From positions 1-36,855 of the forward strand of contig NW_021836810.1 in assembly GCF_006345805.1 (NCBI RefSeq): a stretch of DNA of 36,855 bases, read 5' to 3'. Positions within the stretch are counted from its first letter, which is position 1; each line of letters starts with the position of its first letter. The stretch is from Octopus sinensis. Taxonomy: Eukaryota. Below, piece after piece: positions 11,249-23,947 of the stretch. The position numbers and the translations under genes are program-made. Below the pieces are notes generated by a model. That model was given only the letters and a program-made list of their open reading frames with translations. It ran no database searches and had not been told where the DNA came from.

Positions 11249-11362
11249 TATATATTTATCTACTTACCTAACGATATTTATGTAAATACATGTAAACGTA
11301 CATACATATGTTTCTACATCTACACTGACACACTTACGTAAGTTACCGTATTGCTTTCAATT
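11249..11362 (+). repeat. Inverted copy of 9925-10032
   Basis: tatatatttatctactta...gtttctacatctacactgacacactta..taagttaccgtatt.ctttcaatt aligns to the reverse complement of 9925-10032. Confidence 0.85.
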
Positions 11363-11561
11363 AATTTCTGATCGGTTAAACATCCATGTCTGTGAAGATT
11401 TATGGCCAAACCTACACAAAGAGAGATTTATAAACATTTAGTTATACACAAGCACGTCCTACGGTTTATTGCGAGATTTTCAACAGACGAACGCTGTAAC
11501 TAAATTCTATATAAGTTCAAGTATCTTTCTGCCTGCGTGCTTATATATACATTTGCATACA

Positions 11562-11633
<72 letters not shown>

Positions 11634-12114
11634 TGTATATATATATATATATCTATATAAATAAATAAATATATATATATATATGCGTGTATATATATAT
11701 GTACGTGTGTGTGTGTATATATACATATAAAATGTATACAAATATACATACGTACATATATATATATATATTATATATATATATATATACATAGATATAT
11801 ACATATATATATGTACATACATACACATGCATATATACAGATATATATATATATACATACATATATGAGTGTATATGCGTCTTTGAGAGGGTGTGAATAG
11901 TTCTACTTTCACTTACTCCTGTCTACATTTGTATTTATACTTACAATCGTTTATATAGACATAAATGGTTGCACACACAAACACACACATACACACACGC
12001 TTTCACACTTGCACACACATACATCGTAATCTAATACACGTGGAATGATATGCAAGCATAATGCATTAAGAAGTACAAATGTGCATGTGCGTATTATGTA
12101 TGAATATATCTATG

Positions 12115-12148
<34 letters not shown>

Positions 12149-12456
12149 TGTATGTATGTATGTATGTATATAGGTATGCATATATCCATATATAGAAAGA
12201 TAGATGCATATATTCACACACACACACTCACACACACACACACACATACACACACACCACACACACATATATATATGTGTGTGTGCATGTCTGCGTGTGA
12301 ATAAGTTTGTATGCATATTATATATACACACAAACCTCATACATATGTATGCCTAGGCATTTAATGTATTCGAAGTATGAACCCGTGTATGCGCGTGGGT
12401 GCCTGTGATAAATCTACATTTGTGTGTATGCTGCGTGAATGTGTGCGTGTGTGCGC

Positions 12457-12489
<33 letters not shown>

Positions 12490-13107
12490 GTGTGTGTGCG
12501 TGTCTGTGTGTGTGTGTATGGGTCTGGAAGAGACTGTTTAGCTGTATCCTCATGTCTTTGTCGGTGTTTATCTGCATGCGTTTCTAGATGAATATATGAG
12601 CTGAGGGAGAGACAGACAGAATGAGAAAGAGCGACGTTTTGCTATTAAGGACGAGAGAGAGAGAGGAAGACAAGTGAACGAGAGAGCGATGTTTTTCTAT
12701 CGAGAAAGAAAGAAGGAGTAGGGGAAAGAGCGGGAGAGTGAGAGAGCAAAAGGTTGAGAGAGCGAAAGGGTGAGAGAGAGGGAGTGATGTTTTGCTATCG
12801 AACGATCAACAAACATGGAGAGATATTAATCATTTTTCTATTAAATCCAGCGAATTCCTCTTACTGTGAAGTTGATTCAGTGCGTTTAACAGAGAATATA
12901 AATCGATTTTAGCTATTAAATAGCGGCAATGTAATTCATTATACAGTGAATGGCGAATTACTAAAAGAGAGGAAACACTCGGCTACCCTAACAGCGACAT
13001 TGACGATAAAAATCTCCACTGATTTACATATGGCCTCCATCTGTAGAGCTTTGAAAAACCTGAGAATGCAGCTTGAAAAGTGCAACTAAGTTATTTCTAC
13101 AGGATCA

Positions 13108-13133
13108 CGTCTGTCTGTCTGTCTGTTTGTCTG

Positions 13134-13165
<32 letters not shown>

Positions 13166-13181
13166 GCTCTCTATCTATGTG

Positions 13182-13235
<54 letters not shown>
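13108..13235. repeat. (TCTG)n/(TCTA)n microsatellite
   Basis: Directly visible. Confidence 0.95.
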
Positions 13236-13294
13236 AGCTGTCTCTCTCTCCCTGTCTATCTACTTACATATGTTTCTCAGTCATTTTTTGAAGT

Positions 13295-13670
13295 CTTCTT
13301 CTTCTTCTTCTTTTTCTTCTTCTTCTTCCTCCTCCTCCTCCTCCTCTTCCACTCCTTCTTCCTCCTCCTCCTCCTCCTCCTCTTCCACTCCTTCTTCCTC
13401 CTCCTCCTCCTCTTCCACTCCTTCTTCTTCCTCCCCCTCCTCCTCTTCTTCCGCCCTCTACTCCTTCTATTTCTTTCTCTTTTTCTTCTCCACGTCTTCT
13501 GCCTCCTCCCTTCGCCTCTTCTTCCTCTTCTCCCTCTTACTCCTTCTTCTCCTACTCCTCCTCCACATCTTCCTTCTCCTTCTCCTCCTCCTCTTTCTTC
13601 TATTACATTTCCCGCTTCACCTCCCCCATCAACTCCTCTCTTTTTTCTTTTTTCTCTTCTGTCTTTCTCT
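13295..13670. repeat. Polypyrimidine (CTT/CCT) tract with a higher-order unit of about 30 bp
   Basis: tcttccactccttcttc(ctc)n occurs three times between about 13345 and 13430. Confidence 0.9.
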
Positions 13671-13914
13671 CTAAAGTGTATCTAAACATCACGGCACAAA
13701 CACACAAGTGCGTGTAAGTGTGTATGTGCATTTGTATTTTATATATGTAAGTGTGTGTGTGTGTGTGTATGTGTGCGTGTGTGTGTGCCGTCAACATTCT
13801 ACTTTTGCAATGCCTGTAGAAGTTAATCACTTATTTGATTGCAGAAATCACAGCTCCTCCTGCTAAATAAGCAGGATAATTAATTAGACAATGAACTATA
13901 ATTATTAACCTGAT

Positions 13915-14645
13915 GGATTACATATACATACATACATGCATACATACATATGTTTATACACACACACATGTATCGCACACGCGCGCACATACACATACAC
14001 ATATATACATATACGTACATATATACATACACAAACACATACATACATACATATATATATATATACATGCATGCATACATACACACACACAAACTCTCAC
14101 ACACATATATATACGCATATGTACATATATACATACACACATACATATATACATACATACATACATATACACATATATACACATATGTACACACATACAT
14201 ACACACGTACATACATACATACATGCATACATACATGCATACATACATATACACATATATACACATATATACACATATGTACATATATACATACATGCAT
14301 TCATACATATATGCATACGTAAATATACACATACATACATACATGCATACGCACATACACACACAAACATACACACATGCATGCATACATATATACATAC
14401 ATACATACACATTCACTCACACACACTCAGATATATACACATATGTACACATATACATACACACGCATACATATATGCATACATAATGCGTACATAGATA
14501 TACACACATATACATATATACATACATACACACACATACACACATACATATACAGATATACACACTCATACATATACAGATACATGCACACATACATGCA
14601 TGCATACATAGATATACACACACTTACATACATGCATACATACAT
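13915..14645. repeat. Long degenerate (CA/TA/CATA) microsatellite field
   Basis: Directly visible; source of about ten spurious ORFs. Confidence 0.95.
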
Positions 14646-14654
14646 ATATTACTT

Positions 14655-14860
14655 GGAGATTGTTCCATCTTCATAGATGAATGTCGTCTCTCTGTGCTTC
14701 CTAGCTGTCGATGGCATTTTTTACTTTCCAGCCATGACCTCTCAGACTACTTCTCAGATCTGCATGGTTTGAAGCAAAAATGACAATCGAAAGTTGTAGC
14801 TTCCTGTACGCTTCCAACAGTTTAGATCTGCATAAATCGCCATTCTTCCATTATCATAGG
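14655..14860 (-). mobile_element. Probable CR1/L2-type LINE ORF2 C-terminal remnant
   Basis: One minus frame reads KLLEAYRKL...SSLRGHGWKVKNAIDS*EAQRDDIHL*RWNNLQV, matching the recalled CR1-group pattern DL-E-YK...RGH-x2-KL...WN-x-LP. Confidence 0.45.
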
Positions 14861-15403
14861 AAGTTCTGCCGATGGAATGGCAAATGTGGTCACCATAAGC
14901 AGACGTCCATGCGTCATTGGATTATCGAAATAAACTATTGTAGAACACGTGTACCATTCTCTGAGTCTTTGTGATCGGTACCTAGTGGCAGGCCGAAGCT
15001 AGATGACCAGTACTAAAGTTGAACCATCCGGTCTTAGGGCTCTGATTGTGGAGTTCTAGGATTTTGAGGACTACGGAACCACCTCTGAGCCAGTTTGTCC
15101 TAAAGTAGTAGCAACTACCTGGGACCCGGAAGTGGGTTTAACTGAAGAAATAATATTGGTTGGTGTCAAGTCGCACAGTAAAACCCTCGGGAGAAGAGAC
15201 ATACATATATACATACATACACATATGCATACATACACGCACACACATAGATACATACACGCATACATATATACAAAAATACCCTGTTGATGTAGAAATT
15301 TCAATGAAGGAGCCTTAAATCTTGGTTAGAAACCGGCTCTTTCTCTATTGGGAAGAAATCTTGAAATAAAACTGAATAATGACTGACACACACACACACA
15401 CAC

Positions 15404-15798
15404 TAGTGGTTCTCAACCAGTTTTACACAAATGGACCCCTTTGACTTACTATTTTATTCTGGTGGACCGTCAAAGCCATTCGGTATTTAAAAACTGGTTC
15501 TATAGATATGTTTTTCGAAATTCCTGTTTTGTTATTCACCGATTTACTTGTGTAGGTTTGCGATGGAACTCTCTGACAGAACATGTTTCTGCGACCGGAA
15601 ACAAATTAAACTTTGTAAAACGTTAGTAAAAGAAACCTAACTGTTTCTAACAAAAAATACATCGAAAGTAATTTTTTTTACCTGCACCCTTTAAATACGA
15701 CTTGTGGGTCGCCATATCACTACTTTGCCTGCATGGACCCCCGAAAATCTTATGCAGAGCCCGCCGAGGGTCATATGAACCCTGGTTGAAAACCACTG
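15404..15798. mobile_element. Non-autonomous hAT (Charlie-like) DNA transposon or MITE
   Basis: TIRs (t)AGTGGTTCTCAACC at 15404-15418 and GGTTGAAAACCACTG at 15784-15798. No clean 8-bp TSD. Confidence 0.72.
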
Positions 15799-16187
15799 CA
15801 TTAGTCGCAAACCTCTGCCATATGTATACACTATTACTGACAGCCAAACAGAGATCGACAGAACTGTAATTTCAAGTATCATATTCGTCGGCAATCCCTC
15901 ATCTTGGTATCACTATGAAACCGGGCACAGGGCTACAGTTCCTATTTGCCAGATGAGAAAACTTGCAATTAAACCAAGGAGACTGATTTTGAAGTATTGA
16001 CATTCTTTCGGTTGTTAATTTTGTTCCATTAATTACAGACTTGCTCGGCTTGCTTGTTTTTCACACTAAGCTTTAATACGGAAGACATTCTTAGACTTCA
16101 AACTTCATTGTATAATTCAATTAATAAAACATGTTAAATGCATTGGACAACCACTGTGGTTGCTACTGTAGAATAAGTGGTCACTGA

Positions 16188-16398
16188 TGGGTCATCCCAT
16201 AAATAATGCAGTTTTTATTCTTTTATTTTTTAAAATTAAGATGAAAGAAGTTCTTTTTTAATCTAAATAACCTATCCGTTTAACCTAAAATATACTCTGC
16301 TTTTATATCAAATCAACGCAGGTAGTTGATCCCTTATCCCTCTGATTTTTTAGTTCATGCAATTGAAAAAAAAACCGCATTATTTATGGGATGGCCAA
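16188..16398. mobile_element. Mariner-type MITE
   Basis: 28-bp TIRs tgggtcatcccataaataatgcagtttt and aaaaccgcattatttatgggatggccaa, 3 mismatches. The inner TAATGCGGTTTT resembles mariner TIRs. TA TSD not preserved. Confidence 0.72.
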
Positions 16399-16456
16399 AG
16401 ATAATAATAGTCTCAAGCTGGTCTTTTTCCCTGTCGCGGTGAAGTTATAAATTGAT

Positions 16457-16716
16457 ACTCCGTCGGTTACGACTATCAGAGTTCCCGTTGATCCAATCAA
16501 CGGAACAACTTGCTTGTGAGATTAACGTCCAAGTTGCTGAGCACTCCACAGAGATCCATTTTCTTAATGTAGTTCTCAGGGAGATTCAGCGTGGCACAGA
16601 ATGTGACAAGGATGGCTCTTTGAAATACAGGTACAACTCCTTTTTGCCAGCTGAGTGGACTGGAGCAACGAGAAATGAAGTGTCTTGCTCAAGGACACAA
16701 CGCGCCGTCGGGAATC
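16457..16716 (-). mobile_element. SINE, third family (V/Meta-like segment)
   Basis: Reverse-complement match to 28537-28812 (tccttgagcaagacactt...ttgctccagtccactcagctggcaaaaa). Confidence 0.8.
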
Positions 16717-17051
16717 AGCATTAATAATGCTGCTGCATGTTCTTCAATATTGAATTTAGATACGTAAGCGGCCACATACTGTCATAAGTGATGAATGATC
16801 ACCAGAAATGTAATAGAATGCGCCAATATTGTGGTGGGGAAGAGTGAGCATGTGTGTGCACATGTGTTCGTATGTGCATTCCTACCTACATACCTACAGA
16901 CCTATCAACCTACCTACCCATTTATTTATATATACTTGCTACATACAAAACATATAAATTCTGTTATGAGAATCTTCGGGTCAATAAGGTCGAAAAAATT
17001 TATTTGATCTCTCCCCTGCTCTTTCACTTTACCTACAACTTTCACTGGTGC

Positions 17052-17118
<67 letters not shown>

Positions 17119-17227
17119 TATATTATATCTGATATATATATATATTATATCTATATATATATATATATATATCTGATATATATATTATATTATATCTGAT
17201 ATATATATATATATAATATTATATCTG

Positions 17228-17258
<31 letters not shown>

Positions 17259-17899
17259 ATATGTATGTATGTATATCTGACGTCAGCAATAATTTAGCCA
17301 GCATTGTGTTATACCCCCATACCATACACAGGCCGTTGCAAATATAATAAATTGTCTAAAACTGTCAAAACCAGCGGAGCGTTTTGTTTTCTGGTTATAT
17401 GAGCTACAGTAAGTATTTTGAACAATGATAATGTTTAAAATGTGAGATGTCTGGGCTGAAATGATTTGTCTTTCAAACATAAATGCCATGCTCTCTGCGA
17501 TCTACACAGAGACAATCAATGTGTAAAGATGATTGTGTTGGTAGAATAATATCTGCTGATAGCATAATTGGCTATATACGATTCTTATGATCTAATTCTG
17601 ACATAGTTATTTCTTAATCCTGACATACCAGGTTCGATTACACTGCATAACGTTTTGGTCAATCATAGCATAATAAATTACGCTCACATGTCTGTAGTAA
17701 CTTGCATGCTACGCATTATACAATACAATTGTATATTCGCAAACTAATGCAGATAAAGAAAGCTAGTTCATCAGACTAACAGAATATCAAGGTTCCAACA
17801 ATGGTTCAACTTTTAATTATACACTGAAATTATTGCAGCATGAAGAAGGCTGCGAAACAGCCGTAACCTTAAAGATGACAATAGTGTTGCGGCCGTCTA

Positions 17900-18037
<138 letters not shown>

Positions 18038-18194
18038 TGTTTGTAAGCATGTATATTTACATAGTATATATATAAGTAATCGATGAAACATCTCAAAATA
18101 TGTTTTATAGGATATTGAACTCATGAAAAGAGAAAAATGTCGATTTCGATGAGAATTTAAAGATCCGAAACAGGAACCAAAGATGCCCACTTCC

Positions 18195-18363
18195 TCCGCC
18201 CCTTCCTCCTCCTTCTCCTTCTTCTTCTCCTTCTCTTTATCATCATCATCATCATCAACATCAACATCATCATCATCATCATCATCACTATCTTATAGAT
18301 GACCTGCTGAAGACATGATTCTCTACGAGGACGTATTAATTTCTTCTTCTTCTTCTTCTTCTT

Positions 18364-18394
<31 letters not shown>

Positions 18395-18415
18395 TTATTA
18401 TTATTATTCTTCTTC
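18195..18415. repeat. Compound trinucleotide tract (CTT/CAT/CTT/ATT)
   Basis: Directly visible, with a short unique interruption. Confidence 0.9.
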
Positions 18416-18791
18416 TATGCCTCCCCAACCGCCTCCATATTCCATAAATCACTGATCTGCTGTCGCTAATGTAATGGAAACACTCTGTTTAATATCCCAT
18501 AATACACAGGCAGAAACAGACGTGATCAGGAAACCACTCGATAATATATATATATATATATATATGAAATTTATGGTATAGAAGGATGTGTGTAGCGTGT
18601 ATGCATGTGTGCTGATGGATTATATGTCAGCACATCGCTGGATCGATCGCTGCAATACGCTGGAGTCTTTTCTGTGTTGCAGATACAACAAGTAGCTTGC
18701 TGCATCTCGTCTCCTCTCCTCGAATCCAACAGAAGCACATCATCATCGCCACGTCCACCGGGTGGAATTACAAGACACACACAAACACACA

Positions 18792-18853
<62 letters not shown>

Positions 18854-19962
18854 AAGACATTATCACACACAAATGCAAAGTTTTCGATATGTGTTATATT
18901 TTCATAATTACACATTTTCCAGGTATTCTACTGACGAGCTACAGATGGTTAATTAATCAATTAATTAACGAACTAATTGATTTATTTGATCATTAGTGTG
19001 AAACTCATGGTATAAGCTTAATTGAGATATTCATTCAAGTGTCCTTCTCGCCTACAAGCAATGTGCCACAAGAATGTTTTTTCGTGGTTTGGGATTTGAC
19101 TGCCGTTTTTAGCATGTAAGAAATCCACATGCTGGTTTTGTATCCGTGTATAATATATATATATATACATATATAGGCTATGTCTAACTTAATAGCATAA
19201 CTTAGTTATTGTCTTTTTAAATTGATATTCGCTAGTTATTCCCATTGATAATTATATTTATAGTATTTATAGTATTTATTCGATACTATATAACTACGAA
19301 TTGATTATTTCTATAAGTATTTTACATAAGATTTCCGAAAGTTCGTTTAAGTTTGTTTATATTTTTGAAATTAGCTATTTCATCTTTAAATATGAAAACT
19401 TAATTTATTAGGTTTTTATTATATGTGCATATATATTTATTTATAGAGATTATTTTAGATCTTAATTATAATATTTATATACATTTATATATTTTCATTG
19501 ATAATTTATATATAATAGTCATTTTTTAAAAAATATTTATGTAATTAGATATAGACTATTACCGATATTAGATTATTGGTGGGTTTCCTACCTTATAAAT
19601 TAAAATTAATATTTAACATTATAATCGATTTTGATATAATCATAATTGTTAAGTTTTAGTTTCTAGTTTGATAATAGGGTTTATTATAAGTAAACTTATT
19701 ATATCATTTATATCTTAAAAATATTGTTTAAATATTTCTGATTATTTTTTAAATATTTCAATTAACCTTAAAATTGACTGTAACCATAACTCGAATTATT
19801 AATTGAATTTAAATTATTGTTATTCGAATTGGTACAGCCATGAAACTATCGTAGTGTTTTACTCTTTATCTTTTATTAAACTTTTAATACTTATATAAAA
19901 AAAAATTAATTAATTAATTAATTAATTAATTAATAAAATAATATATAAATATAAAAATATAC

Positions 19963-19995
<33 letters not shown>

Positions 19996-20143
19996 ATATA
20001 TATAAAATTTATAAAATTTATAAGTTTAAATTATTTAAATAATTTTTTATTTTTAACTTTTATATTATATTTTAAAATTAATTTTATGTATTGGCTTATG
20101 TTTTTCACTGTTTGATTTGCCTAATAGTGGTTTTATCTCTAAT

Positions 20144-20207
<64 letters not shown>

Positions 20208-20369
20208 CACAGTAAAAATTTAGATTCAGGTACTAAACACACATGATACTTAAGTTAAAGATCATGGTACTTAAGTGAAAGGCACCAGAATTTGGTATGG
20301 TATTATCCATATAAATCAAATGGGGCGATTATAATCATTGCCAATTTAATCAAACATTGTCAACTTAGT

Positions 20370-20506
20370 TTTAAAAAATTCCATATGCGGCTAAAGATTG
20401 CTCTATATTCTAAAACTGATGTAATACTTACATTGTTTAATTAAATGAAGTAGCATGAAACGATTGTACTGCACTTCCTTTGCATATCCTTGTTGCTTAT
20501 TGTAAT

Positions 20507-20510
<4 letters not shown>
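20370..20510 (+). repeat. Diverged copy of repeat family B (arm of the 31594-32428 foldback)
   Basis: Aligns to 32325-32455, including atatccttgttgcttatt. Confidence 0.7.
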
Positions 20511-20537
<27 letters not shown>

Positions 20538-20700
20538 GCAGAAATAAAGGTTACAAACCTCATTCAGGGATAGCAAAATCCCATGAAAGTACTGGTTAAT
20601 TACCTTTACAAAGAATATTGGACATTCTTTCTAATACTTCACTGCAAGGTAACTATATAAACTGTGGTTTATATATATATGTTTTTTATAATAATAAGAT

Positions 20701-21020
20701 GAGAAAATAGAGAGATAATTAATAAATTATTATGTATTAACTAAAAATTGACAAACATCCCTTACAGCTGTTTCAGTTGACCCTCATAAAATTAATTAAT
20801 TAAATTAAAAATTATTTGACAGTTGAATCTCTTCAGGGGTAGACAACATGCGGCATTTGAACACCTATTTTGTATATCTTTCTCCACCTCTGGAGAGATT
20901 CGACTTTCAAATAATTTTTAATTGATTTATTTTCTGAGGGTCTCAATTGAAAGAGCTGTAAGGGATGTTTGCCAATTGATTAGTTAATAAATAATAATTT
21001 ATTAATTACATCTCTCTTTT

Positions 21021-21023
<3 letters not shown>
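20701..21023. repeat. Imperfect palindrome of family A, arms about 140 bp
   Basis: 20701-20840 is the reverse complement of about 20885-21023. Confidence 0.87.
20757..20841 (-). ncRNA. Candidate hammerhead ribozyme in the left arm of the palindrome
   Basis: Minus strand CTGAAGA-GATTC...AACT-GAAA-CAGCTG-TA-AGGG. Core intact, but helices I and II are imperfect. The right-arm copy has CTGGAGA and GAAAGAGCTGTA (degenerate). Confidence 0.38.

Positions 21024-21092
<69 letters not shown>
21024..21092. repeat. (ATT)n microsatellite
   Basis: Directly visible. Confidence 0.97.
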
Positions 21093-21100
21093 TGTTTGTA

Positions 21101-21322
21101 TGTATTTGTGTCTGTGTTTGCTCCCCCCCCACACACACCCATCATCGCTTGACAACCGATAATGGTGTGTTTACATCCCCGTGAGCTAACAGTTCGGCTC
21201 TTTTGCTGATAGAATAAGTACCAGGCTTACAAAAATAAGCACTGGAGTCGAGTTATTCGACTAAAGGTGGCGCTCCAGCATGTTTCGAATGACTGAAACA
21301 AATAAAAGGATAAAAGAATAAA
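21101..21322 (+). mobile_element. 3' half of CORE-like SINE
   Basis: cgcttgacaaccg...gatagaataagtaccaggc...gaatgactgaaacaaataaaagg. Confidence 0.8.
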
Positions 21323-21629
21323 ATATATATATATATTATTGGAAATTATATAAAATTTTGTCAAAATATTTTGTGTTGTGGAATTATAAAAAAATACAAT
21401 TTACTATACATAATTATTAGACGGTGCACGCGTTGGTTTGTTCCTCATAGCCGATGTTCCTTCGAGAAAATTGCTGCTGCTGCTACTGCTGCTGTCGTTG
21501 TTGATGTGACTATTGTTTTTCTTGTAGCTGTTGTTGTATTTTTATAATTAAATATTATTATGAATTCTATTTTAAAAATCATCAAAATATTTCGATGAGA
21601 AGTACGACCAATTTAATGCATATTATTTT

Positions 21630-21698
21630 TAACCCCCACCAAAAAAAATTCTTGTATGGACCCCAAAGGTTCATGTGGTGCCCAGTTGAGAACACCCG
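21630..21698 (+). mobile_element. Possible solo right end of the hAT MITE family
   Basis: tggaccccaaaggttcatgtggtgcccagttgagaacac resembles about 15730-15798. Confidence 0.42.
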
Positions 21699-23471
21699 GT
21701 GTATTAAGGGAACCACGAACCTATGATAAAGTCTATTCTACATAACAGCTGAGAGGTGAGACTGTGTCGTTCATGCCTTTCTACAAGACAATTAAACATA
21801 ATCATTTCTTTTTGGTCTCAGCACGATAAACCTGAAGATTAAACCTGACGCACACACAAACATACACGCACATGCACACACATACGCACACGCGCACACA
21901 TATACACATGTACATACACATACGCACGCATATAGTTTTTCGGGTATATACGCAGATGCTTAGGAGCGTCCGTATTTGTTATTATGCGTGCATGTATGAA
22001 TGTACTTGTGTGTATAATATATATATGTATGTGTGGTGTGTGTGGTGTGTGTGTGTGTAGGTGTATATATATATCCGTGTAGGTAGGGGCGGCGTGGATG
22101 TCTAAACCTGTTATCCCCTCCACGCGAGAGAATCTGCTGGGTGTACTTGAATATATACAATATGACATGATTAGAGGTAAGTCATTGAAACGAGAATGAT
22201 ATATAAACATACATACACATACGTACATAACATACATGCATACATATATTCGTTGGCACGTGCGTGCATGTATACACGGCAATAGTGCCACGTGGTCAAA
22301 CAAACCCTAATCACACGACGTCACTCACACGCAATCATATACGCATGCGTATGCGTATAAATGCATAAATACATATCTGCAAGTATACGTATGAGATCAC
22401 ACACATACACACACATATTTATATATACACGCTTACAAACACACATTGACACGTTTGTGTGTGTGTGAGTATGTGTTTGAGTGTGTGTGAGTGTGTGTGT
22501 TTGAGTGTGTGTATGTGTGTTTGTGTGTGTGTTTGAGTGTGTGTGTATGTGTGTTTGAGTGTGTGTGTTTGAGTGTGTGTGTTTATGTGTGTGTGTGTGT
22601 GTGCGTGTGTCGGTGTTTGTGTATGTGTGTGTGTTTGTGAGTATGTGTGTGTGTGTGTGTGTGTGTGTCTATACGCATACACACAAACACTCACACAGTG
22701 TATATTGCTGCTGCAATTGCCGCAGCTGCTGTCTATGTTTCCATATTTATGAATGTTCAGACAAGATAGCCGGCAGCATTGTCTTCGTCGTAACAACATC
22801 AGCAACAACAAACAGTAGTAGTAGTAGCAGCAGCAGCAGCAGCAGCGCAGCAGTAAATACAAAACTATCAAGAATTGAAGGAAATAGATGCAAAGGCCGC
22901 CAGCTTCTTGTTCCCTCCACATCAATGAAATTTAGGGAGCAGGGTGAATCTAGAATCATTGTGAACTAACAAACTTCAAAGTCTTCTCCGGTGCGCATTT
23001 TTCATTATTTTTCTTCTTCTTTTCTTTGTTATTTTGTTTTTCTGATTTTTACAATAACGCTGTGTGTTTTGTGACCGACTCGGCCATCAGTTACAAATGC
23101 GTGTGATTAAGTTCAACTGATGAATCAACGATGACGAAACTAGTGCAGTGTTTATTATAAGAAACCCCTTTAAACTGTGTCGGTCCACTGTGGTCTATTG
23201 TCAATGGAGTAAAACGAACTTCGGCTGCGGAGTAACGAAAAAGAAGAAAAACATAAATGGTTAACAATGTGCTTGTGTGTAATGCCTTTTTGCCTGTAGT
23301 TGTGTGTGTATATATATATATGCGGACATGCATAGAACTGTGTTTGACATCATATGCATGCATAATCCTATGAACAAACCTATACACTCACATACACACA
23401 TATGAGCATAATATACGATGTAGTATATTTATAACTTGCCCTTCTTATTCCTACCTCCACCCCATCTCAAA

Positions 23472-23551
<80 letters not shown>

Positions 23552-23663
23552 GATGTGTTAATATACATGCATATATATAATGTATGTGTGTGTGTCTCTC
23601 TCCCTCTATATATATAAATATATTTGCACACATGTATACACACATATATATACATATACATAC

Positions 23664-23694
<31 letters not shown>

Positions 23695-23947
23695 TGTATG
23701 TATGTATGTATGTATATATGTATATCAGCGCATGCGTTTTACCCCTGCCTCCACGTATCCACGCTTACATGTGTGTGTTTCGTGTTTAGATTATTCAGGT
23801 CGTATTTTGAAGTATTGAGAAACCTGAAAAACATCTTCTTACGGAGTTGCAATACAATTGTAACAACGATTAATAGCAAATGGTATGGAGGTGGGGGGAG
23901 TAATACATGGTTGTGTGTATGTGTGTGTGTGTGTATTTAAAAGAATT

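Noticed and set aside
15180-15385. Possible 3' end of a common dispersed repeat
   Set aside because: It looks familiar, but there is no second copy in the window and no coding motif to support a call.
17332-17408. Possible 77-bp exon (cag acceptor, gtaagt donor, open frame AVANIINCLKLSKPAERFVFWLYEL)
   Set aside because: Weak polypyrimidine tract, unrecognised peptide and no partner exons. RNA-seq would decide.
18683-18761. Possible exon after tcttttctgtgttgcag
   Set aside because: Good acceptor, but only a weak donor (gtggaa) and no recognisable peptide.
19175-19860. NUMT
   Set aside because: AT-rich, but I could not identify any mitochondrial rRNA, tRNA or protein motif.
22800-22860. Poly-Ser/Gln/Ala coding tract
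   Set aside because: A (TAG)n/(CAG)n microsatellite in a context without credible exon signals.
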